Both the position numbers and the translations under genes were made by a program. This document shows, in pieces, positions 17,616 through 28,659 of a stretch of 64,000 bases of DNA. The notes below the pieces were generated by a model, which was not told the origin of the DNA, did not search any database, and worked only from the letters and a program-made list of their open reading frames with translations. The stretch covers positions 480,001 to 544,000 of the forward strand of contig CAVRDX010000001.1 in assembly GCA_963719945.1 (NCBI GenBank), given 5' to 3'. The stretch's first letter is position 1; each line of letters begins with the position of its first letter. The DNA is from an uncultured Thermoplasmata archaeon (lineage in GTDB: Archaea; Thermoplasmatota; Thermoplasmata; UBA10834).

Positions 17616-20600
17616 TCATCCGGTTATGGTGTAGTCTACCTCTCGCTCCAACAGATTGAGCTGATGGCTCTCGAGCGTCGACTTGTTCACTGCCATGAGC
17701 AGTATGGACTGGTTGATCGCGACCTGGTCCCTCAGAGACTGTATCAGCCTCAGCACGGTTATGAAGTTGTTATTGGTGATGAGGTATTCAAGGCCATCCA
17801 GTAGCACTATGCCTCCTCCCGGTTGTGAGAGGAATTGCTCGAGTGAGACGCTCAGCTTCTCAAGGTCCTTCGGTCTGATGGCGTTCTCACGGCCCACATT
17901 CGAGAGCCACACCAATGGCGTGTCCTTGAGGTCGAATTTGGTGCGTATCTTCGCTGGGTAGTTCCTCGTCACGCAGTATCCCTTCATGCCCTTCTTGAGC
18001 GAGCTTACGAACAGACTGTACGATGTCTCCGGTCTGTCCTCTTCGACGAGGTATGAGAATGACCTCTCGAGGTCGCTCACACCTTGCTTGATCTTCTGGG
18101 CGGGGACCTGAGTCGCTCCACCTGAATCGGTGGAACTCATGAATGCGTCCAACAATTGGGTTGCGGCATCGAGCGTTATCCCGACGACCTTCATCATATC
18201 ATCGACAGAAGCGTTTCTGATGGATTGCTCGGACACGAAACCTGCCTTGTACAATCCCTCCGCAAGGGATGGCGTGATGCCAGGAATGGTCTTCAATCGC
18301 GCCATGAACTCATTCTGGGACGGAGCTGTCGGCGCATCGATAGGTGCGACACTTGGAGTTGGCTTCTCTGCGGGGACGGGTTCTGCCGGTACGACCGCAT
18401 TTAGATGGTCATGGATCCTTCTGGCATCGGAGTTGGTGATGCCATCGATCGAGGCTATGTCCTGGATCGTCGCGTTCTTGAGGGCATCAATTGTCGTGTA
18501 GCCATGATCGAAGATCTTGAGCGCCTTGTCCGCGGTCATGCCAGGGATGGCTCCCAGTTCGTCCAATGCCTTCTTCATCTTCAGTGAGGTTATGCCAATC
18601 AGGAGCGGTTCGTTCGAGACATTCCATTCGACGATGTATTCCCCTCTGGGTGAATTGGCGACCTCAAGCCTCTTCGCTCTGGTCTCCTTTGAGATATGGT
18701 CCTTCCAGGTCTCTATCGCGTTCTCGATCTTGCGCGAACATTCTATCTCTACCCTTATGAATTCCTCTACATTGAGGCCCATATCCTTTCTCATCTGCTG
18801 TATCCTTCTGATGGTCTCCCTCGCGAACCCCTCCGCTTCCAGAGCGGGGGTCTCTTCGAGGTCGACGTAGAACAGACCCTTTGAGAACTCTGAGCTCACA
18901 ACATCTGGTGGGAGCGTCGATGTGAAAGACACCATGTTCGGAAGGATCTTCACGAGCTGCCCTTCGATACCGAGTGAATACTCGCCCTTGTCGATACCGG
19001 CTTTGATCGACTTCGCAGGCCTGTTCTTGAGAAGAACCGCGATCTTGCTAGACCACTGACGATAGACCTTTCCTATCGCGTTGGGGTTTGGCACGACGCT
19101 CAGGACCATCTCGTCCCATTCCTCGCCGACTGGCACGACATGCATATCCTTGATATTGTTCTGAGACAGGATGACATTCTTGAGCTGTATCAGCGCGTCA
19201 GCGACATCATCATTCTGGGGCTTGATGATGATCCGCTTCAAAGGCCATCGTAGGTTGACATTCGCCTCTTGGCGTATGCGGGCGATCACCTCGGACATTT
19301 CCCTCACCAGGTTCATGCCCTCCTCCAATCCCTCATCGATCCAGCTTGGATCATGTGTCGGCCATTGAGCCATATGCACGCTCTCTGCCCTTGAGTGGAG
19401 GTTAGTATAGATCGCTTCGCAAACATGAGGTGCTATCGGAGCGAGCATTGTTGCAGATGAAGACAACGCCTCGTGCAATACTTTGAACGCAGCGGTCTTG
19501 TCTCTGTCATCTCCCTCCTTCCAGAGTCTATCCCTGACAACCTTGACGTACCAGCGTGAGAGGTCGGTCACTATGAAGTCCTCGATTATCCTGGCTGCTC
19601 GGTGCACCTCGTATATCTCCATCGCCTGTGTAAAGTCCCTCTTCATCGACTCTATTCGAGAGAGCATCCATCGGTCCTCTGGCCTGAATGTCTCCCTCAG
19701 GGATTGTATCCGCCATTGTGATTCGTCGAATTTGTCTATTGACATGTACAGTACTGCGAATTTGTAGACGTTCCACAGGATGTTTATCGTCCTGTTGGCA
19801 GCTTTTACGCCCTCATTCTGGAAGAGTATGTCTTCCCAAGGGGCGTTGGCCTTCAGGAGATATAGTCTAAGCGAATCCGCGCCGAGTGTGTTCACGGTGC
19901 CTATGGGATCTATTGCTGTGCCCTCGCTCTTGGACATGGCCTCTCCCTGGGGCGTGAGCGCCCAGCCGTGCATGAGGACAGAATTGTACGGGGACCTGCC
20001 AAATGCCACGACTCCCGTCACTAACTGAGAGTAGAACCATCCTCTGGTCTGATCATGGGCCTCTGTGACCCACTCGCTTGGCCACCATTTGTCGAAGTCA
20101 TCCTTGCTCGCAGGGTATCCCAACGAAGCCCAAGAACAGACTCCCGCATCGAACCAGACATCCAGGACATCTGGTGTTCGGGTCATGGTCTGACCACACT
20201 TCTCGCAGTCATATGTGATGCTATCGATCCAGGGCCGATGGACATCCATGCCATCGACGTATCCCTTGCCAGACTTGAGCTCCTCTGTAGATGAGATTAC
20301 CTTCACATTACCGCATGCACATCTCCAGATAGGAACGGGCGTACCCCAGTACCTCTGCCGGCTGATGCACCAGTCTCTCGCATTGGATATCCAATCCTTC
20401 TCTCTGGATGAGCCAGCCCAGTCGGGGTACCACTTGATCTGTTCGTTGGCAGCTTCGAGCTGATCTCTTATCTCGGTGACCTTGAGGAACCATTGCTCGG
20501 TGATTCTGTATATGATCGGCCTCTTGCATCGCCAGCAGTGCCCGTATCTGTGCGTGATCTGTCCTTCATGGAACATGGCACCTCTGTCGACGAGGTCTGA

Positions 20601-21734
20601 TTTGATGAGGTCATTTGATTCCTTGACATTCTTCCCCGCATACCTCTCACCGACATCATCGGTGTACGATCCCATCTCATCCACGGGTGAGAATGGTTCG
20701 ATATCGTGAGCGATGCCTATGTCGAAGTCATCAGGGCCATGTCCTGGAGCTATGTGTACAATGCCCGTGCTCTCAGCGGTCACAGTCTCAGAAGGTACGA
20801 TCGCATGGACCCATTCGCCCTTTATCTGCTGCTGATATGGGACCACATCGGCCAGTGGGTGTCTGTAGTGCAAGCCCAGTAGATCGGCACCCTTCATCGT
20901 TTCGAGGATCTTTAGTTCCTCAATCCCAGCCGTCTTCCTCAGCTCTTCTACCTTCTCTTCGAGGAATATCAACTTCTCCTCTGTTCCTCCCCGACTCACC
21001 CATACCTTCGCGTATGTGAAATCGGGGTGGACGGCTGCAGCTAGGTTTCCGGGAATCGTCCAGGGAGTCGTCGTCCATATGAGTAGGTACTCATCCTCCG
21101 TCCCTTCGATCCTGAATTTGACGTATATTGATGGATCAGTCTCGTCCCAATATTCTATCTCGGCCTCTGCAAGGGCCGTCTGGCATCGCGGGCACCATGG
21201 TAGGACCCTCAGGTCCGTTGTCAAGAGCTTCTTATCATGAGCCTGCTTCAATGTCCACCAGACCGATCCGATATATGATGGGTTGACCGTGAGGTAAGGA
21301 TTATCCCAGTCCATCCACACGCCGAGCATCTTGAACTCGTCGGTCATCTTTGATTTGAACTTGGTTGCGAACTCGCGGCATGTGTTCACGAACTTGTCAA
21401 TGCCGTGCTCTTCTATGTCCTTCTTGTTCTTCATGGCGAGGGATTGCTCTACCTTGACCTCGATGGGGAGTCCATGCATATCATAGCCTGGCTGGTCCCT
21501 TACCTGGAATCCTTGCATCCTCCGGAACCTGATGTAGGTGTCCTTCAGGATCTTGTTCCATGCAGTACCGATGTGAATCGAGCCCGTCGTATAGGGCGGG
21601 CCGTCGAGGAAGTAATAAGGCTTGCCTGACTCGCGAGCCTTCTTCACTTTCTCGTAGATCCGAGTACGGTCCCACTGCGCCTTAATTTCTTTCTCAAGCT
21701 GGACAGGGGAGTAATTCTCGTCTACTTGACGCAT
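17616..21734 (-). CDS. ileS: isoleucine--tRNA ligase with C-terminal helix-hairpin-helix modules and a DUF835 (inactive KaiC-like) domain
   Basis: DGPPY..HIGT, WTTTPWT, GIVHIAPGHG, DWCISRQRYWG, DQTRGWF, AMSKS; extra ~320 aa C-terminal. Confidence 0.95.
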   Translation of the reverse strand: MRQVDENYSPVQLEKEIKAQWDRTRIYEKVKKARESGKPYYFLDGPPYTTGSIHIGTAWNKILKDTYIRFRRMQGFQVRDQPGYDMHGLPIEVKVEQSLAMKNKKDIEEHGIDKFVNTCREFATKFKSKMTDEFKMLGVWMDWDNPYLTVNPSYIGSVWWTLKQAHDKKLLTTDLRVLPWCPRCQTALAEAEIEYWDETDPSIYVKFRIEGTEDEYLLIWTTTPWTIPGNLAAAVHPDFTYAKVWVSRGGTEEKLIFLEEKVEELRKTAGIEELKILETMKGADLLGLHYRHPLADVVPYQQQIKGEWVHAIVPSETVTAESTGIVHIAPGHGPDDFDIGIAHDIEPFSPVDEMGSYTDDVGERYAGKNVKESNDLIKSDLVDRGAMFHEGQITHRYGHCWRCKRPIIYRITEQWFLKVTEIRDQLEAANEQIKWYPDWAGSSREKDWISNARDWCISRQRYWGTPVPIWRCACGNVKVISSTEELKSGKGYVDGMDVHRPWIDSITYDCEKCGQTMTRTPDVLDVWFDAGVCSWASLGYPASKDDFDKWWPSEWVTEAHDQTRGWFYSQLVTGVVAFGRSPYNSVLMHGWALTPQGEAMSKSEGTAIDPIGTVNTLGADSLRLYLLKANAPWEDILFQNEGVKAANRTINILWNVYKFAVLYMSIDKFDESQWRIQSLRETFRPEDRWMLSRIESMKRDFTQAMEIYEVHRAARIIEDFIVTDLSRWYVKVVRDRLWKEGDDRDKTAAFKVLHEALSSSATMLAPIAPHVCEAIYTNLHSRAESVHMAQWPTHDPSWIDEGLEEGMNLVREMSEVIARIRQEANVNLRWPLKRIIIKPQNDDVADALIQLKNVILSQNNIKDMHVVPVGEEWDEMVLSVVPNPNAIGKVYRQWSSKIAVLLKNRPAKSIKAGIDKGEYSLGIEGQLVKILPNMVSFTSTLPPDVVSSEFSKGLFYVDLEETPALEAEGFARETIRRIQQMRKDMGLNVEEFIRVEIECSRKIENAIETWKDHISKETRAKRLEVANSPRGEYIVEWNVSNEPLLIGITSLKMKKALDELGAIPGMTADKALKIFDHGYTTIDALKNATIQDIASIDGITNSDARRIHDHLNAVVPAEPVPAEKPTPSVAPIDAPTAPSQNEFMARLKTIPGITPSLAEGLYKAGFVSEQSIRNASVDDMMKVVGITLDAATQLLDAFMSSTDSGGATQVPAQKIKQGVSDLERSFSYLVEEDRPETSYSLFVSSLKKGMKGYCVTRNYPAKIRTKFDLKDTPLVWLSNVGRENAIRPKDLEKLSVSLEQFLSQPGGGIVLLDGLEYLITNNNFITVLRLIQSLRDQVAINQSILLMAVNKSTLESHQLNLLEREVDYTITG

Positions 21735-21832
21735 GATCCATCTTCCTTTGAACCATATTGATGCGAGGTATTTTAAATATGATGGACAGAGAATCGCATA
21801 TTGACTTCAGGAAGATATCGCTGCAAAGGGGA

Positions 21833-22852
21833 TCAACCCCATTGGTCCAGGCTCCTCTGGTTGGATGATTTCTCGGCCAAATCGAGCTTTCCGAGTATCG
21901 CATCTATCCTGTCCACCGAGAATCCATGCGTGTCGCACATCAGCCTGCGGATCCCTTCAGCATCCATGGCATTCCAATTGAGGATATAATCGTCTGTGGT
22001 TGGTGGATCGAGGAATATCTTCCGGATAGCACGGTAATCTGTCGGGATATCGACCTTTCCCTCGGATGCGAGCGATTCGAGGCTTCCCGTTCTCTTTATG
22101 GACATCAGTGCTCGCTTCGGTCCAATACCATGCACTCCATCATTGAAATCGGTCCCAATCAGAATGGCCATGTCAACCAATTGTTCCCTCGTCACTTCGA
22201 GCGTGGATAGCACTTCGCCCAAGCTAAGGATCTCTGGGACAACATCCTGGAATTTGCCTGAAGGGAGGCGTCTTCTGCCAGCAAGCGTAAGGTTCCTCAG
22301 AAGGGTGGAAGTGCCAAATAGAAGGGCATCGAAATCCTGGGACGCACCCGCCCAGACATCCCCCTTCTGGACCATGTATGCCATCTGAGCCTCTCCCTCG
22401 CTCGGCGCGTCTATGGTTGGGATACCCATGAGCTGCAAGAGCGACTTGGATTCTGTTATCATATCCTTGTCTAGTCGAGATGACCTCGATGCAAGGGATA
22501 AGGCCCTCTTCTGGTCCCCTCGCTCAAGGGCCAGTTTCCATTCCTTCTCGGCATCTTCTCGGATTGCACGCCTCGCTTCGATCGTCTTTCGCTTGAGTTC
22601 GGGAGGCGTGCCATCGAATACGAATGCAGGGCGAAGGCCGAATTGCATCAGGCTCGAAGTCCTGTAGAACAATCCTGACAGATGGGAGGTGACTCGCCCA
22701 TCTCTATCCATCAGTGGTGTGCCGTCAGGCTGGCGTATGCTCGATAGGAATTGATAGATGGTATTGAACGCGTCTATGGCTACAGTCCTTCCCGCCAGGT
22801 CTTCCAGCTTGACGGGCTTGCCTCGTAATAGGGCGGATATGTCCACTCCCAT
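21833..22852 (-). CDS. fen: flap endonuclease 1
   Basis: MGVDI, AIDAFNTIYQFL.SIRQPDG, EGEAQ, GTDFN.G..GIGPK, PIP box QRSLDQW. Confidence 0.97.
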   Translation of the reverse strand: MGVDISALLRGKPVKLEDLAGRTVAIDAFNTIYQFLSSIRQPDGTPLMDRDGRVTSHLSGLFYRTSSLMQFGLRPAFVFDGTPPELKRKTIEARRAIREDAEKEWKLALERGDQKRALSLASRSSRLDKDMITESKSLLQLMGIPTIDAPSEGEAQMAYMVQKGDVWAGASQDFDALLFGTSTLLRNLTLAGRRRLPSGKFQDVVPEILSLGEVLSTLEVTREQLVDMAILIGTDFNDGVHGIGPKRALMSIKRTGSLESLASEGKVDIPTDYRAIRKIFLDPPTTDDYILNWNAMDAEGIRRLMCDTHGFSVDRIDAILGKLDLAEKSSNQRSLDQWG

Positions 22853-22903
22853 GGTACCGGAACCTCATAGGTCGCTTATCGACTGCCTGATAGACGAATC
22901 CTT

Positions 22904-23092
22904 CTATCGAGACGAGCCGTTATCGTCCGACATCGGCACGAAGAATATCATGAATGCCACTCCCAGCCAGACGATTGTTATGATGATCAGGACCACGCTA
23001 GCGCCGAAGACAATACCCATCGCAAGGAGTAGCAGCGGCAGCCCGAATGTCAAATAGCTCAGTATCGGATGTTGAGACAGTCTCTCAGCCAT
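22904..23092 (-). CDS. small 2-TM membrane protein
   Basis: 62 aa with two hydrophobic helices; GGTGA SD upstream. Confidence 0.6.
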   Translation of the reverse strand: MAERLSQHPILSYLTFGLPLLLLAMGIVFGASVVLIIITIVWLGVAFMIFFVPMSDDNGSSR

Positions 23093-23125
23093 GGTCTATC
23101 GTCACCTTGAACGACACGTGGGCTA

Positions 23126-23800
23126 TTAATGCTTCGACGAGCCGCAGGCCCTAAGCGTCCTTATGGCAGCAGGCATGTCATCTGCCTTGAATACATAGGT
23201 GCCAGCAGCCAGTATGTCTGCACCTGCAAGAGCCGCCAATTCACCGGTCTTGTCGGTTATACCGCCATCAATCTCTACTGGGACGGACGACCCCTGGCGC
23301 TCCATCTCGCTCTTCGCGATGCCAATCTTGGGCAATGACGATTCCATGAACGATTGTCCACCGAATCCTGGGTTGACGGACATTATCAGCAGGAGGTCGA
23401 TCTCCCTGAGATAAGGAAATGAACGCTCTATGGGTGTTGGAGGATTCACTGCCAGGGCGGCTTTCTTGCCATGGTCACGTATTGACCTCAGGGTCTTGAC
23501 AAGGTCTTGCTCTGCCTCTATATGGACCTCTATGATGTCCGAACCACTATCCGCGAATGCCTTGATGTGCCGTTCTGGATGAGTTATCATCAGATGGGCA
23601 ATGAATGGGAGCTTCGAATATTCCCTTATGCTGGACACAGTCGATGGTCCCATCGTTATGTTTGGTACGAAGACACCGTCCATGACATCGATATGTATGT
23701 AATCGGCGCCAGCGAGCGAAACCCTTGCGACATCCTCACCCAATCTCGCGAAATCTGCGGCTAGAATTGATGGTGCTACTGATGGCATTGACTCGCTCAT
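23126..23800 (-). CDS. rpe: ribulose-phosphate 3-epimerase
   Basis: APSILAADF, HIDVMDGVFVPNITMG, MSVNPGFGGQ, EIDGGI. Confidence 0.95.
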   Translation of the reverse strand: MSESMPSVAPSILAADFARLGEDVARVSLAGADYIHIDVMDGVFVPNITMGPSTVSSIREYSKLPFIAHLMITHPERHIKAFADSGSDIIEVHIEAEQDLVKTLRSIRDHGKKAALAVNPPTPIERSFPYLREIDLLLIMSVNPGFGGQSFMESSLPKIGIAKSEMERQGSSVPVEIDGGITDKTGELAALAGADILAAGTYVFKADDMPAAIRTLRACGSSKH

Positions 23801-23880
23801 GAGCGAACTTCGTATTATGGGTTTTGGTGTCTTCCCGTGATAGTGCGAGCTTATTTGTAGTTCCTGATAAATTAACTGAC

Positions 23881-24099
23881 ATGGCCGAGCCAAAGCATGC
23901 GATATCAAAGGCTGCGACTTGCGATATAGAGGGATGCGACGGGGAATCGACCAGATCCATCTCGGGCAAGAAGGTCGAGAAGGCGGGCTTCAAGATCAAG
24001 GTCGACCCCTCAAAGAACGCTCATCTGTGCAAGGAGCATTACAGGCAGTTCAAGAAGAAGACCAAGACCGACAGGGAGTACGAACGACTGGGCAGGTAA
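23881..24099 (+). CDS. small basic zinc-binding protein (conserved archaeal hypothetical)
   Basis: CDIEGC..LCKEHYRQFKK pattern. Confidence 0.7.
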   Translation: MAEPKHAISKAATCDIEGCDGESTRSISGKKVEKAGFKIKVDPSKNAHLCKEHYRQFKKKTKTDREYERLGR

Positions 24100-24179
24100 T
24101 CAAAGCCTGCCACCTCTGCAATCAAGTTTTCAGCGTGATATGCAAAAATAGGTAATAGTGAACCCTGATTCGCCCCTTC

Positions 24180-25301
24180 GTGAAGCCAGAGGGCATTCAG
24201 CTTCTATCAAGCGCGGGAGTGTTCGGTCCCGCTATCATTGTCCCCGTCATACTCGCGGACCAGTTCGAGGCGTCTAAGAGTCTGATCGGCCTCATTGCAG
24301 GGCTATATGCCACGGCAGGATTCATATCGACCTATGCGTTCGGACGAGCATCCGACGTCTATGGCCGTCGAAAGATACTCCTCGCCGGGTTGGGGCTGAC
24401 GGTAATCGCCACGATGGCGCAGGCGATGTCCCTCATATACAACAGCTTCGAGGCGTTCGTTTTCGTCAGGATCCTCATAGGTTTCGCTGCAGGCATGTTC
24501 CCCGCAGCACTCCTCGCATATGCATATGATGCCAAGAGCAAGATGGGGAAGTTCAGCTCTTGGGCTGCCGCAGGCTGGGGAATAGGAAATCTGGGCGTTG
24601 GCGTCTTCGGTTCGCTGTACGAATGGGCATATTTCTATTGCGCAGGCATACTGATGGTATCATTCATACTCGCCTTGACGCTGAAATTCGGCAAGGAGTG
24701 CAGGATGGATGTCCCCCTATTCCCCATTGCGCTCATAAAGAGGAACGCGCCAGTCTACTCTGCCATGCTCATAAGGCATACAGGTGCGAACATGATATGG
24801 GTCACATATCCGCTCTTCCTTAAGAGCATCGGCGCAGACATCACATGGATAGGTGCAATATATGCAGTAAATGCCTTTGGCCAGTTCTTCATAATGAATA
24901 TACTCGACAGATATGATCCTGCAGTACTCGTCGCAGTTGGTCTGGGCAGCTCGGCGGTAACATTCTTCGCGTTCCTCTTCGTCGGGACACATTGGCAGAT
25001 TATCCCTGCGCAACTCCTTCTTGCCGCATCCTGGGCATCCCTGTACGTAGGCAGTCTGAGGTATGTGATGGACAAGAACAAGGAGAAGGCCACCGCATCT
25101 GGCATATTATCAAGCGTGATGAGCATATCCGGCATCGCAGGCCCGATCCTAGGTGGCGTGGCAGCGGCTGCCTTGGGGTTCAAGGGGACTATAACTATCG
25201 CATCTATCATGTCCGCAATTGCGCTTATGATATTCATATATGAGCTGCGTGTCTCTGGAGAACTTTATCGCCTGAGACGACTCTTTGGGAGGCCGGCATG
25301 A
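24180..25301 (+). CDS. MFS transporter
   Basis: GRASDVYGRRK motif A, about 12 TM. Confidence 0.88.
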   Translation: MKPEGIQLLSSAGVFGPAIIVPVILADQFEASKSLIGLIAGLYATAGFISTYAFGRASDVYGRRKILLAGLGLTVIATMAQAMSLIYNSFEAFVFVRILIGFAAGMFPAALLAYAYDAKSKMGKFSSWAAAGWGIGNLGVGVFGSLYEWAYFYCAGILMVSFILALTLKFGKECRMDVPLFPIALIKRNAPVYSAMLIRHTGANMIWVTYPLFLKSIGADITWIGAIYAVNAFGQFFIMNILDRYDPAVLVAVGLGSSAVTFFAFLFVGTHWQIIPAQLLLAASWASLYVGSLRYVMDKNKEKATASGILSSVMSISGIAGPILGGVAAAALGFKGTITIASIMSAIALMIFIYELRVSGELYRLRRLFGRPA

Positions 25302-26206
25302 AACTGATATTCCTCGGCACCGGTGGCACATATCCGTCGCTCAAGCGAGGCGTAACATCGATTGCGGTTCAGCTCCAATCGGAAGTGCTCCTCCTCGATT
25401 GTGGGGAATGTACGCAACGACAGCTGATGGGTTCATCCGTCTCATTCATGAAGATCTCCAGGATCCTAATCACTCATCTTCACGCGGACCATTTCCTGGG
25501 ATTACCTGGTCTAATACAGAGCATGAGCCTGAACGGCCGAGAAGACAAGCTCACGGTTCTTGGTCCAGAGGGGACCGATGAGATGATGGAGTCAATAATG
25601 AACCTGGGGCATTTCGACTGCGGATATGAAGTCCTATCTCAGGAACTAGCTTCGGGAGACTCGATCGATGTTGAGACCTACCAGATCACTGCCGCTGATG
25701 CAGACCATACCGTCCCTGCTTTGGCCTATTCAATCGAAGAGAAGGCACGTCTCGGTAAATTCTCACTTGACAAGGCTCGCGCTCTCGGGATACCTCCAAG
25801 CGCTCTGTATAGCCGCCTGCAGCGTGGTGAGACCATCGACTACAGAGGGATAGTTATCCGCCCCGAACAGGTGATGGGTGAACCTCGGAGAGGTCGTAAG
25901 ATCGTCTATACTGGCGATACAAGGAAATGCTCCTCGGTCACGGACCTCGCCAAGGCTGCAGACGTCCTCATACATGATGCGACCTTCGATTCGTCCTTTG
26001 AGGATCAGGCCATCAGGTACGGACACTCGACGGCAAGGCAGGCCGCTGAGGTCGCCATCGAGGCGGGGGTAGACCGGCTCTTTCTTGTGCACATCAGTCC
26101 TAGATACGATGACCCCGGCCTGATTGCAGCAGAGGCCATCAAGGTGTTTGCTAGTTCAATGGTCCCCGAGGAATTGTCGGAATATGTGATCGACCTCCCC
26201 GATTGA
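25298..26206 (+). CDS. rnz: ribonuclease Z
   Basis: FLGTGG, DCGE.TQRQ, THLHADHFLG, exosite, YTGDT, HDATF, HISPRY. Confidence 0.95.
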   Translation: MKLIFLGTGGTYPSLKRGVTSIAVQLQSEVLLLDCGECTQRQLMGSSVSFMKISRILITHLHADHFLGLPGLIQSMSLNGREDKLTVLGPEGTDEMMESIMNLGHFDCGYEVLSQELASGDSIDVETYQITAADADHTVPALAYSIEEKARLGKFSLDKARALGIPPSALYSRLQRGETIDYRGIVIRPEQVMGEPRRGRKIVYTGDTRKCSSVTDLAKAADVLIHDATFDSSFEDQAIRYGHSTARQAAEVAIEAGVDRLFLVHISPRYDDPGLIAAEAIKVFASSMVPEELSEYVIDLPD

Positions 26207-26429
26207 ATAGTCGGATCTTTCATTCTGAATGTATCCAGCACTTGGTGGACTCGTGAACCTTGCATCTATGTTGGGCATGAACATCCATCGGAGTCGTTTA
26301 GATACGCATTTATAGCAAAATACGATTCACGTGACATCCAGGGATTGAATGGGAACTAGCCTATTGCTACCCTGATATTCCTGTATCCGCTCACAAGCGA
26401 CAACGGACTTAGTTGAGGGGGAACAAGAG

Positions 26430-27395
26430 ATGGCCTTACTAGAAGTCCAAGGGCTAAGGACTTATTTCAAAACGCAAGAAGGAACGCTGAAAGCAGTCGA
26501 TGGTATCGATTTCAACCTGGACAAGGGTCAGGCAATGGGTCTGGCCGGAGAATCAGGTTGTGGAAAAACCACCGCGGCTCTGTCCATCATGAAGCTTCTG
26601 CCAGCAAACGGATATATCGCTGGCGGAAAGATCAATTTCATGGGCCAGGACATGGCAAGGGTCACGGGCGACAAGCTCCGTGCAATCCGGTGGAGGGATA
26701 TTTCCATCATTTTCCAGGGTGCGATGAACGCTCTCAATCCGGTCAAGCGTGTCGGCGAACAGATTGTCGAGCCCATCGTTCTACATGAGAAGGTGGATCA
26801 AGAAGTCGCATTGAAGCGTGTCAAGGAACTCTTCGAGATGGTGGGTATCAACCCGAACAGGATACGGGAATATCCGCATGAGTTCAGCGGCGGTATGCGG
26901 CAGAGGGTCATGATCGCAATGGCTCTTGCATGTAAGCCAAGACTCGTGATCGCAGATGAGCCAACGACCGCACTTGATGTTATGATACAGGCTCAGATCA
27001 TAGCACTTCTGAAGAGCCTTCAGAGGGATCTCGACCTGGCTATGATTGTCATTTCTCACGACTTGTCTGTCCTAGCCGAGACCTGCGACCTCTTGGCAAT
27101 CATGTACGCAGGGAAGATTGTCGAGAAGGCTCCTGCGGAGCAGGTCTTCTATGATCCACAGCATCCATACACCAGGGGACTGATTGCAGCTTTCCCCAAC
27201 ATTCACGGTGAGAAGAAGATGCCTGCATCGATCGCGGGTAACCCACCGAACCTGATCAACCCAACAATCGGCTGCAGGTTCTATGACAGGTGCTTCATGA
27301 AGCAGGACGCCTGTAAGACAAAAGAGCCTCCACTCGTAGAGGTAAAGCCCGGGCACTGGGCTGCATGTCATTTCGTGCCACCGATGAAGGGGTGA
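26430..27395 (+). CDS. oligopeptide/dipeptide ABC transporter ATPase (OppD-like)
   Basis: [31 protein letters not shown]-terminal Cys cluster. Confidence 0.92.
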   Translation: MALLEVQGLRTYFKTQEGTLKAVDGIDFNLDKGQAMGLAGESGCGKTTAALSIMKLLPANGYIAGGKINFMGQDMARVTGDKLRAIRWRDISIIFQGAMNALNPVKRVGEQIVEPIVLHEKVDQEVALKRVKELFEMVGINPNRIREYPHEFSGGMRQRVMIAMALACKPRLVIADEPTTALDVMIQAQIIALLKSLQRDLDLAMIVISHDLSVLAETCDLLAIMYAGKIVEKAPAEQVFYDPQHPYTRGLIAAFPNIHGEKKMPASIAGNPPNLINPTIGCRFYDRCFMKQDACKTKEPPLVEVKPGHWAACHFVPPMKG

Positions 27396-27401
27396 TCTGA
27401 G

Positions 27402-28502
27402 ATGGTCAAGGATATTCTGGTTGTCAAAGACTTGCAGGTTTGGTTCCCCGTAAGACAGGGATTCGTCGAGAGTCTAGTCTCAAAGGAGCAGAGGTTTGTG
27501 AAGGCAGTGGATGGCGTCTCATTCAACATCAAGGAGAGGGAGATATTCTGCCTCGTTGGTGAATCCGGATGCGGCAAGACCACCACTGGAAAAGGTATTC
27601 TGAGACTCGTCGAACCGACTGGTGGCAGCGTCAAGTATTACGGCAAAGGCAAGGAGATCCTCCTCAAGGATATGATATCTGAGGCGCTTGCAAAGAAGAA
27701 GATCACGAAGGCGCAGGCTGACAAGATGACGGCTGACAGCGGAATTGATGTCCGTGCTCTCCATAAGGGCAAGATGAAGAAACTCCGCCAGAAGATGCAG
27801 ATCATCTTCCAGGACCCGTATGAATCGCTCAATCCGAAGCAGTCGATTTATGACATAATCGCCGAACCGTTGGTCGTCAACGGGATAGGCTCGACTGAGG
27901 CTGAGAGAGAGAAGAGGGTCATAAAGGCACTCGAGGATGCAGGTCTCAGACCGCCGAAGGACTACATGTGGAGATATCCGCACGAGGTATCTGGAGGTCA
28001 GAGACAGAGGGTAGGCATTGCAGGGTCCCTCGTGCTCGAGCCAGAGTTCCTGGTTGCCGATGAACCGGTCTCTATGCTCGATGTTTCGATCAGGTCCGAG
28101 ATCCTGAAGCTCATGCTCGACCTGAGAGACAACAGAGGTCTCGCATTCCTGTTCATAACGCACGATCTTGGTGTGGCATATGTGTTCAGTGACAGGATCG
28201 GCATCATGTACTTGGGCAAGATCGTGGAGCTTGGGCCAACGGAAGAGGTCGTCAAGAACCCGAAGCACCCGTACACGAAGGCACTGATATCGGTCGTTCC
28301 GACCCCGGATCCTGAGCGGAGGAGAGACAAGATCATCCTCAAGGGCGAGAGACCAGATCCATCGCACATACCTCCAGGATGCAGGTTCCACCCGAGATGC
28401 CCGTTCGTAATGGACATCTGCCGGAAGGAAGCTCCCGCGTCGGTATTCGTATCAGAAGGCCACTGGGTCGCGTGTCACCTCGAGAAGGGGAAGCCCCTAT
28501 AG
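27402..28502 (+). CDS. oligopeptide/dipeptide ABC transporter ATPase (OppF-like)
   Basis: [39 protein letters not shown]. Confidence 0.92.
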   Translation: MVKDILVVKDLQVWFPVRQGFVESLVSKEQRFVKAVDGVSFNIKEREIFCLVGESGCGKTTTGKGILRLVEPTGGSVKYYGKGKEILLKDMISEALAKKKITKAQADKMTADSGIDVRALHKGKMKKLRQKMQIIFQDPYESLNPKQSIYDIIAEPLVVNGIGSTEAEREKRVIKALEDAGLRPPKDYMWRYPHEVSGGQRQRVGIAGSLVLEPEFLVADEPVSMLDVSIRSEILKLMLDLRDNRGLAFLFITHDLGVAYVFSDRIGIMYLGKIVELGPTEEVVKNPKHPYTKALISVVPTPDPERRRDKIILKGERPDPSHIPPGCRFHPRCPFVMDICRKEAPASVFVSEGHWVACHLEKGKPL

Positions 28503-28659
28503 ACACGGTCTGATCGACCGTTCAGAGGGTCTTTCGATCCAAACCACCTCAAACTCTTTGATTATCTACTTAAGCACTGTCAAGCGAGCATGAGATACTT
28601 TTTTAGTGTGTGGAACGATTGCTCCAGGCTGCCGATGCAGCACATAGATGGTCGATTGA

